A DNA stretch of 32,000 nucleotides from Microcystis aeruginosa NIES-843 (GTDB lineage Bacteria; Cyanobacteriota; Cyanobacteriia; Cyanobacteriales; Microcystaceae), in contig NC_010296.1 in the NCBI RefSeq assembly GCF_000010625.1, positions 1,170,001 through 1,202,000 on the forward strand, written 5' to 3'. Position numbers and translations under genes: made by a program. Positions within the stretch are counted from its first letter, which is position 1; each line of letters opens with the position of its first letter. The notes under the pieces were generated by a model, which had not been told where the DNA came from, searched no databases, and was given only the letters and a program-made list of their open reading frames with translations. Positions 25,770-32,000 of this stretch are shown here, piece by piece.

Positions 25770-25985
25770 TAGGGTCTGCTGAAAAAGTTTTTCCTAGGGG
25801 CAGGGTGTAGGGTGTGGGGTGTGGGGTGTGGGGTTTTACCGATTTTGAGGGGGTCAATTACCTAATTTTCAGGGAAAAAGTCCCTGAATTTACCCCTGAT
25901 CACTCCCATATCTGGTACTTTTTGAGGGGAAAAAAGTCCAAAAGTCTTATCCAACAAGGTTTTTAGATTTATTCAGCAAGCCCTA
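25770..25985 (+). mobile_element. MITE (216 bp) with TIRs TAGGGTCTGCTGAA / TTCAGCAAGCCCTA, carrying a GGGGTGT array
   Basis: The terminal inverted repeats match 13 of 14 positions on direct reading. There is an internal hairpin TTCAGGGA-AAAAG-TCCCTGAA (25868-25888). The same termini bound the element at 31373-31590. Confidence 0.65.
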
Positions 25986-26128
25986 AATACAGAAACGAAA
26001 ATTCTCTCTAAATCTCCTCAAATTTCCTTAAACCTCCTGACTCCATCTAGCTAGATGGTTAAAAGAAGTAGGTTTTAAGGGAGATAGATTTTGAGAGGGT
26101 TATCAGCTGCAATCAAGACAGGAAGCTA

Positions 26129-26574
26129 GTTGAACGCCATATCATCACCAAATGCCATCCTTGCTGGTCAGAAATTGACCGAGCTGCTTTTTTGTCAAAA
26201 AATCTCTTCAATCTAGCTAATGGGACTTAGGCGTTTTCGGTCAGCAAAAAAGGCTCAAACCATTACGGGACAAAGGGTTAACCTCGATTTATGATTTTCC
26301 TTGATCTATCTGGGTTTCAGCGATTGTGGGCTTCTCGAAGTAAATCCCAAGCGGGGATGGGAGTTGAGGCTTTTATCGATTTGTTTTTTGTCTAAGTCCC
26401 ACTAATTACCACTATCGCCAATATTTCTTGGTTGAACACAAGAAATTAAATTTTAATCAACTCTATCACCAAGTAGCTCAAGGTTCTGATTATTTAGCTT
26501 TACCAACTAAGGTAGCCAAACAGATAATCAGAAGGTTGGATAAAGCACCGTGCCAATATTTTTCTTATCTGTGA
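26129..26574 (+). pseudogene. N-terminal remnant of an IS200/IS605-family TnpB (OrfB) gene, split by a MITE and 3'-truncated
   Basis: VERHIITKCHPCWSEIDRAAFLSKNLFNLAN | MITE | YHYRQYFLVEHKKLNFNQLYHQVAQGSDYLALPTKVAKQIIRRLDKA. Removing 26222-26401 plus one CTAAT copy restores the frame. The pattern matches TnpB N-termini (hp.w.eLD.lcf.SKNLYN.ANY..RQ.F....l....l.......Y..LP.KVa.Q.l..ld..W). Confidence 0.55.
26222..26401. mobile_element. 180-bp MITE with GGGACTTAG / CTAAGTCCC termini and a CTAA(T) target duplication
   Basis: 9-10 bp TIRs. CTAAT is at 26217-26221 and 26402-26406. Excision restores the TnpB reading frame. Confidence 0.65.
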
Positions 26575-26843
26575 AAGTTATTTTCTTTCTATCATTGGAT
26601 AATTTCCCACCAGAGTGTTTATACTCTACAGAACGATTATTCTTTGGGAATTTAGGATAACCTTTTTTACCTTTTACCTTTTATCATACCAAATCCGTTT
26701 TTAATAGTGTGATTAACTGCCAAGTTATGGATTGTTTCTCCCTGCTCCCCACCCTCCGCTCCCTGGTCTCCTGTACTTTTTAAACAGGATTTAGTATCAC
26801 TATAAATAGGAGAGAGTCACAAATATTGAGATGCACCCAAAAA

Positions 26844-27482
26844 ATGAGTCTAAAACTTTACTTTTTGCGTCATGGCGAAACCACAGCCAGTCAAGCGGGG
26901 AGTTTTTGCGGTCGATTAGACTTGCAACTAACCCCGGCCGGCGATGAAATGGCCAAGGATTTCGCTCTTGTCTATCGAGATGTGCCTTGGACAGCGATCT
27001 ATTCTAGTCCCCTCAAGCGCACCATGGCCACGGCCACCCCTTTAAGCGATCTCTTAGGTATTCCCATCCACAAACGGGAAGGATTAAAAGAGATTGCCTA
27101 CGGCCAATGGGAGGGAAAAACCGCAGCCGAGGTTAATCGGGAGTTTCATGATGATTATGTGCGCTGGTTAGCAGATCCGGGCTGGAATTCTCCCACAGGG
27201 GGCGAAAAAGGCATCGATATCGCTCGCCGCAGTTCGGAAGTATTAGAGGAAATCGACCATAATCACGATGATGGCCATATTTTGATCGTTTCCCATAAAG
27301 CAACGATCCGAATCATGTTATGTTCTCTTTTAGGCATTGATATCGGCCGTTATCGCGATCGAATTGCCATGCCCGTGGCCTCGGTGACGATCGTCGAATT
27401 AGCCGAACACGGTCCCCTCTTTCAAGTCATGGGCGATCGCTCTTACCTCCGCAATGACCTGCGCTCGCGAGCGGGAACCTAA
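26844..27482 (+). CDS. Histidine phosphatase family protein (phosphoglycerate mutase/CobC-like), paralog 1
   Basis: Motifs: LYFLRHGETTAS (RHG catalytic motif), YSSPLKRT, IVSHKATIR. ATG 26844 is preferred over TTG 26826. Confidence 0.85.
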   Translation: MSLKLYFLRHGETTASQAGSFCGRLDLQLTPAGDEMAKDFALVYRDVPWTAIYSSPLKRTMATATPLSDLLGIPIHKREGLKEIAYGQWEGKTAAEVNREFHDDYVRWLADPGWNSPTGGEKGIDIARRSSEVLEEIDHNHDDGHILIVSHKATIRIMLCSLLGIDIGRYRDRIAMPVASVTIVELAEHGPLFQVMGDRSYLRNDLRSRAGT

Positions 27483-27531
27483 CCAGTCAACAGTAACCAG
27501 GGAAGCCCCGAATTTGGTCTCCTGAAAAACT

Positions 27532-28176
27532 ATGTGCTTGATGTTATATTTTCTACGACACGGACAAACGGCCTATAGCAAAACGGGAGGATACTGTGGT
27601 ACTCCAGAAAATGACCCCGGTTTGACTGCCGAAGGCATCGAAATGGCGGAGGAATTCGCCGATGTCTATCGTTCTTTACCTTGGCGCGCGGCCTACGTCA
27701 GTCCCCTACAAAGAGCTATTCAAACCGCTAAACCCCTCTGTGAAGCGGTAGGACTGAAATTAGAAATCCGCCAGGGATTACAAGAGATCGGTTATGGTCT
27801 TTGGGAAGGAATGCACCCCAACGATATCGATCGTCAATATCATGATCTCTATGTACGTTGGTTGACGGATCCGGCTTGGAATGCTCCCCCCAACGGGGAA
27901 AGGGGGATCGATATCGCCCGTCGTTCGGCGGCCGTTTTGGAGGAAATTGAACACACCCACAGTGATGGCAATATCCTGATCGTTTCCCACAAGGCCACCA
28001 TCCGGATCATGCTCTGTAGTCTGATGGGTATCGATGTGGGCCGTTATCGCGATCGGTTTGAAATGCCCGTGGCAGCTGTCAGTATCGTCGAATTAGGCAG
28101 TCGTGGCCCGCTTTTCCATGGCATCGGTTTACGTTCCCACCTCAGTGAGTACCTGCGTTCTCTCCCCTGCACCTAA
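27532..28176 (+). CDS. Histidine phosphatase family protein, paralog 2
   Basis: Motifs: LYFLRHGQTAYS, YVSPLQRA, IVSHKATIR. It is colinear with paralog 1. The start could be ATG 27532 or 27541. Confidence 0.85.
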   Translation: MCLMLYFLRHGQTAYSKTGGYCGTPENDPGLTAEGIEMAEEFADVYRSLPWRAAYVSPLQRAIQTAKPLCEAVGLKLEIRQGLQEIGYGLWEGMHPNDIDRQYHDLYVRWLTDPAWNAPPNGERGIDIARRSAAVLEEIEHTHSDGNILIVSHKATIRIMLCSLMGIDVGRYRDRFEMPVAAVSIVELGSRGPLFHGIGLRSHLSEYLRSLPCT

Positions 28177-28177
28177 T

Positions 28178-28245
<68 letters not shown>

Positions 28246-28253
28246 TTTTTTCT

Positions 28254-28399
28254 CCCCACACCCCACACCCCACACCCCACACCCCACACCCCACTTCCCC
28301 ATCTCCCCACTTCCCCACACCCCACACCCCACACCCCACACCCCACACCCCACACCCCACACCCCACACCCCACACCCCACACCCCACACCCCACACCC
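28254..28399. repeat. CCCCACA heptamer arrays (5 units, a CCCCACT/TCCCCAT variant patch, then about 12 units); the minus strand reads (GGGGTGT)n
   Basis: Direct reading; the array abuts the 3' end of intron copy B. Confidence 0.95.
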
Positions 28400-29184
28400 G
28401 TTACAGTAGAGCAGGAAGTCGCCTTCCCACCCCCTGCTTCAAAACCGGACTTACGACTTTCGCCGTATCCGGCTCCTGAGTAACTAGGCTACTGTCATTA
28501 GTAGAATAATAATGGGAATTATTATTTCCTTGTCTATTCAACCCTCTTGGCTGTATCCCCACCAGACAAGATTGTTGGTTTTAGGGCGTATATGACCGTT
28601 GATTGTTGCTTAGACTTCCTAGTTACCCGTCCTTTGTCAGCATATCTTTGATATTACTCAAAGCCTTGGCTTTTAAGGACATCCTCTCCCTCTATTGACT
28701 TGCGGATGGTTTCCTACTGCCCCGAACGGGCAGAGTCAATCAGGGTTACTTCGTTCCCTATAACCATTGGTTGAACCCTTAGGATGATACTGTCCACAAC
28801 AGAGTAACGGGAATGCCTTACTGATAGTGGTATGAGCTATCAGCCCCAACTCTGTTAACTTTTGTTTCGAGCCTGTCAGCCTTTTGGCTCGTGGGTGTTG
28901 ACGATGGTTAATTCGTATCTTCGCCCCAGGGCTATCCATAGGTTCTGGCTCAACGGGTTTCTGATTTAGGCTATCAGATACCGCTTTTTTTTCCTCGCTC
29001 ACTACCTCAGATGTACCAAGTCTAAAGCAGCAGGAAATGCCGTCACTCTAGGCATCTAGAGGACAGGACTAAGGTTATTACTAACCCGCACCTGTAGGGT
29101 TATAAAGTTATCAAGGTACTACATTTACCAAGCGGCTAATCCTCTAAACGTCTTACTGTCTAGTTTCTAGCCAACGAATCGCAC
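28400..29184 (-). mobile_element. ORF-less group II intron, copy B (intact, 785 nt)
   Basis: The reverse complement starts GTGCGATTCG (29184 downward) and ends CTACTGTAAC (28400). Domain V is at 28442-28475. It matched copy A in every stretch compared by eye, and the track ORFs 20534..20800 and 28736..29002 give identical 88-aa translations. Confidence 0.85.
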
Positions 29185-29267
29185 CACACCCTACACCCTA
29201 CACCCATCTCCCCACACCCCACACCCCACTTCCCCATCTCCCCACTTCCCCACTTCCCCACTTCCCA
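29185..29267. repeat. CACCCTA / CCCCACA / CCCCACT / TCCCCAT heptamer-variant array
   Basis: Direct reading; the array ends within 5 nt of the birA ATG. Confidence 0.9.
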
Positions 29268-29270
29268 TTT

Positions 29271-29984
29271 ATGCCCAAAATCCATCACTTTGAGCTATTA
29301 CCTTCCACTAATACTAAAGCTTGGCAATTATTAGAATCGGGGGAAAATCCGCCTTTTGTGGTGATTGCTAGTCAACAAAGTGCCGGGAGAGGACAATGGG
29401 GACGGGAGTGGATTTCTGAACAGGGCGGATTATATTTATCTTTGGCGTTAAATCTTGATTTAGAGGTGGATAAATCTGCCCATCTCGTTCTCGCTACAGT
29501 TTGGGGCATCGCTCATCACCTGAATTGTCAAGAAATACCCGTTAAAATCAAATGGCCGAACGATTTAGTCCTATTAGGGCGCAAACTAGGGGGAATTAAC
29601 CTAGAAACCCGTATTCAAGGCCAAAACATCCCGCAAGCAGTCATCGGAGTGGGCATCAATTGGGCCAATCCCGTCCCCCCCACCGGCATTAATTTACAAG
29701 CTTTGGCCGGCAATAAAATCACCTCGATCGCTCAATTAACCGATGTCACCAGCGATGCTATCCTATACGGCTATGAATATTACTGTAATCACGGCATAAA
29801 AGCCTTATTAGCCTCCTACTTAGAACTTTTTGCCAATTTTTGTCAAAAGATAGTTTTCGAGGGCTATCAGGGCATAATAACGGGGGTAAGCGATCGAGGA
29901 GAATTAAAAGTTAAACTCACTTCGGACAATGCCAGTAGCGAAATTTATATACCGGCCGGTAGGGTTAGTCTCGGCTATAATTGA
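29271..29984 (+). CDS. birA: Biotin--[acetyl-CoA-carboxylase] ligase (no N-terminal HTH)
   Basis: 237 aa with LPSTNTKA, SQQSAGRGQWGREWIS (GRGRxGRxW-type biotin/ATP motif) and GGINLE. Confidence 0.85.
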   Translation: MPKIHHFELLPSTNTKAWQLLESGENPPFVVIASQQSAGRGQWGREWISEQGGLYLSLALNLDLEVDKSAHLVLATVWGIAHHLNCQEIPVKIKWPNDLVLLGRKLGGINLETRIQGQNIPQAVIGVGINWANPVPPTGINLQALAGNKITSIAQLTDVTSDAILYGYEYYCNHGIKALLASYLELFANFCQKIVFEGYQGIITGVSDRGELKVKLTSDNASSEIYIPAGRVSLGYN

Positions 29985-30029
29985 GTCTAAATATTTTTTT
30001 GACTAAACTGTGAGAAGTGAGGCCGCCCT

Positions 30030-31274
30030 ATGTATCCTTCATCGGTGATATTGAAACTTTTTCTAGGAAAATCCTTAAAAAAGAAGCTGAGTTTATGCAG
30101 TGGTCTCGGTTTAGTAATCAGCGGTCTGATTACTCTTGCTCCCAATGCGATCGCTAATTCCGAAACTGGCAGCGAAACCCCAGTGGTGGAAAATGCCGCC
30201 CCGACTCTGAAAGCCCCCGTTATCAAAGAAAATACTAATCCTGCCCCCCGTCTGGCTATCCCCGAAAACCATCAAACCGATATGCCTACCCTTGCCCCCC
30301 GGGCCGGCGGTAAAAATAATTTTATCGATACTAGAAACTTTAACCCCCCCAGTTCCGTTGTCGTCACCGAGCGCCGCAGTGGTTGCCAAACCATCGCCCA
30401 AAATGGTCAACTGGTAGGAGGTAGCTGTAATCTGGCGGCCCGGTCTTCCCGTCGTCAGCCGGTCAGCACTGTGGCCAAACCCTTACCCCCGGTTAATCTG
30501 GCCCGGGTGCGTCTCAATCCTAATCCAGCCGTGCGAGTAGGACGGCAGCCCCGAAATCAGCCGGTTATCGCTAATAATTCCCTGGGTCGTTATGCCCCCA
30601 CTCTCATCGCTTCTAGCGCCCCGGTACGTCTGGCTGCCCCCACGGTGATTCCCAGTCAGGTGGTAGCCCTCAATCCCCCAGAATGGAATGGCGTAAAATT
30701 GGCTTTGGCCCCGGTGACTCGCGCAGAAGTGGAAGCAATCAGCGAAGCGACCACCTATGAGCGGGCCACCCGTTTAAGTCCCACGGATTCTAACCAAACT
30801 CAACGCACGGATTTACTCTTTCCCCTCGCCCTTCCCGCCCAAATTACCTCGGTTTTCGGGTGGCGAAATCATCCGGTCAGCGGGAATCGGGCCATGCACG
30901 CGGGTACTGATTTAGGCGCGGCGATGGGAACACCTGTATTAGCCGCCTACGCAGGGGAAGTGGCCACCGCCGACTGGTTAGGAGGTTACGGATTAACGGT
31001 GATTTTACGTCACCTCGATGGTAGTCAAGAATCTCGTTATGCCCACCTTTCGGAAATTACCGTCAAACCGGGAGAATGGGTGGAACAGGGCGCGGTTATC
31101 GGTCGTGTGGGTAGTACGGGACTTTCTACCGGTCCGCACCTACACTTTGAATGGCGACACCTAACCGAACAGGGTTGGACCGCCGTAGATGCCGGTTTAC
31201 ATCTAGAATTAGCCCTCGATAATCTGGTGCAGAGAATGCAAATGGCCGCAGCCACTGACTCTAATCAGAATTAA
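30030..31274 (+). CDS. M23-family metallopeptidase (peptidoglycan endopeptidase-like) with signal peptide and Pro/Ala-rich linker
   Basis: Hydrophobic N-terminus LCSGLGLVISGLITLAPNAIA. M23 motifs: HAGTDLGAAMGTPVLAAYAGEV and GPHLHFEW. Confidence 0.85.
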   Translation: MYPSSVILKLFLGKSLKKKLSLCSGLGLVISGLITLAPNAIANSETGSETPVVENAAPTLKAPVIKENTNPAPRLAIPENHQTDMPTLAPRAGGKNNFIDTRNFNPPSSVVVTERRSGCQTIAQNGQLVGGSCNLAARSSRRQPVSTVAKPLPPVNLARVRLNPNPAVRVGRQPRNQPVIANNSLGRYAPTLIASSAPVRLAAPTVIPSQVVALNPPEWNGVKLALAPVTRAEVEAISEATTYERATRLSPTDSNQTQRTDLLFPLALPAQITSVFGWRNHPVSGNRAMHAGTDLGAAMGTPVLAAYAGEVATADWLGGYGLTVILRHLDGSQESRYAHLSEITVKPGEWVEQGAVIGRVGSTGLSTGPHLHFEWRHLTEQGWTAVDAGLHLELALDNLVQRMQMAAATDSNQN

Positions 31275-31313
31275 TTTGTTTTGGGTTACAACCATAGCGG
31301 TTTTTGGAGCTTA

Positions 31314-31352
31314 AAAACGCATCGTTGAGCTTTTGCCCAATTGATGCGTTTT
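31314..31352 (+). terminator. Possible terminator hairpin after the M23 gene
   Basis: AAAACGCATC-19 nt-GATGCGTTTT, a 10-bp stem. The T run is part of the stem and the loop is large. Confidence 0.3.
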
Positions 31353-31372
31353 CATACATTCGCAGTCTTAAG

Positions 31373-31590
31373 TAGGGCTTGCTGAATAAATGTGAAATGT
31401 AGGCAAGGTAAGGGTTTTGTGGCTTTTCTCGCGAAACAGGTGCAAGATTTTGAGAGAATCGTGCTTCAAAACCTGGCATCTTGAGCGGCGCTCGCGTCCT
31501 GTAGGGGCGAAGCATTCGGGCAATAACTTATCGGTGAAACCGTAGATTTTCTATCCGAATGCTTCGCCCGTACTTTTTCAGCAAACCCTA
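31373..31590. mobile_element. MITE (218 bp) of the TAGGGCTTGCTGAA...TTCAGCAAACCCTA family with an internal 15-bp-stem hairpin
   Basis: TIRs are at 31373-31386 and 31577-31590 (13 of 14 match). Internal inverted repeat: GGGCGAAGCATTCGG (31505-31519) / CCGAATGCTTCGCCC (31555-31569). Confidence 0.65.
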
Positions 31591-31701
31591 TGTTCTATAA
31601 AAATGGTAATGCAAGGTTTTTGAGGCTCCCAATCCTCATAGTGTTAATATTCGCTAATCTCATCCAATTGGAAAGGCAAGATTTGAGAAAAAAAGGAGAA
31701 G

Positions 31702-32000
31702 TTAAGGAATACGGAGCATTCGGTCTTCGATTTCTTGCCAGACGGTAGGGGAAATATTAACAGCCACTTTTTGGCATTTGAGAATCAGGCGATTAATATA
31801 AAAATAATGCCTGTCTATTTTGCAAATTTCTTGGATGGATAAATTAAGTAATTTAGGCGTTAAATTAAAAGCAGTATTCCACATTTTAAATAATTGATCA
31901 ACAAATTCTTGACGTTCTTTTTCCGTTGCTTTATCGTCAGGAATAATTTGTTTGAAAGCTTCTAAATCAGCGCTTAATTGGGAAAAATTAACCTTAGAAA
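31702..32000 (-). CDS. C-terminal part of a larger protein (5' end outside window); the tail resembles C-terminal helical domains of cyanobacterial NACHT/STAND proteins
   Basis: The frame of track ORF 31702..31884 stays open to nt 32000 (SKVNFSQLSADLEAFKQIIPDDKATEKERQEFVDQLFKMWN...). The ending INRLILKCQKVAVNISPTVWQEIEDRMLRIP recalls the aN.LL..CL...vs..vr.eIe..LLlP pattern (weak, from memory). Confidence 0.45.
   Translation of the reverse strand, partial: SKVNFSQLSADLEAFKQIIPDDKATEKERQEFVDQLFKMWNTAFNLTPKLLNLSIQEICKIDRHYFYINRLILKCQKVAVNISPTVWQEIEDRMLRIP

Noticed and set aside
25395-25857. ORFs 25395..25772 (+) and 25579..25857 (-)
   Set aside because: The plus ORF is antisense to a more protein-like but start-less minus frame and runs into MITE and heptamer sequence. 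The minus ORF is largely heptamer-array translation.
29987-30410. Minus ORFs 29987..30226 and 30111..30410, and other antisense/overlapping track ORFs (1276..1491, 10335..10520, 14572..14799, 15469..15669, 18636..18818, 19101..19475, 19935..20150, 22453..22742, 27778..27990, 31037..31255)
   Set aside because: Each lies inside, mostly antisense to, a longer ORF with strong family motifs. None has independent support.
31261-31515. 84-aa minus ORF 31261..31515
   Set aside because: It spans a terminator-like hairpin and the left half of a MITE. It has no coding-like features.

Overview
Cyanobacterial chromosomal window. HIP1 GCGATCGC sites, STRR-like heptamer arrays, gene content and repeat families resemble Microcystis, but the species is an inference. 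All calls rest on reading the sequence and on motif memory; no searches were run.

Layout:
- 1-13.9 kb: a visibly AT-rich glycan / secreted-protein modification island. It holds 3 glycosyltransferases, 4 methyltransferase-like genes and a 702-aa DUF4214 + RTX-repeat protein. It is interrupted by an Rpn-family PD-(D/E)XK nuclease gene followed by two extra tandem copies of that gene's C-terminal DUF4351 module.
- 13.9-20.3 kb: housekeeping genes (PhzF-like, Xaa-Pro aminopeptidase, NAD-dependent DNA ligase), with two tandem Uma2-family nuclease paralogs directly upstream of ligA.
- 20.3-32 kb: two apparently identical copies of a 785-nt ORF-less group II intron. One is on + and split by an IS1634-like IS; the other is intact on -. 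Both sit at the same position of GGGGTGT heptamer arrays, and an unoccupied copy of that target lies inside a MITE.
- Also in this last stretch: a ~1.9-kb gene-free patch of decayed mobile DNA, DUF2996-like, DUF3110-like and YraN genes, two tandem histidine phosphatases, BirA, an M23 peptidase, another MITE and an edge-truncated gene.

Most interesting:
1. An Rpn long/short (toxin/intragenic-antitoxin-like) locus with amplified stand-alone short cassettes, each bounded by a 35-bp repeat carrying its own SD-like site and ATG.
2. A heptamer-array-targeting ORF-less group II intron with triple nesting (IS in intron in MITE).
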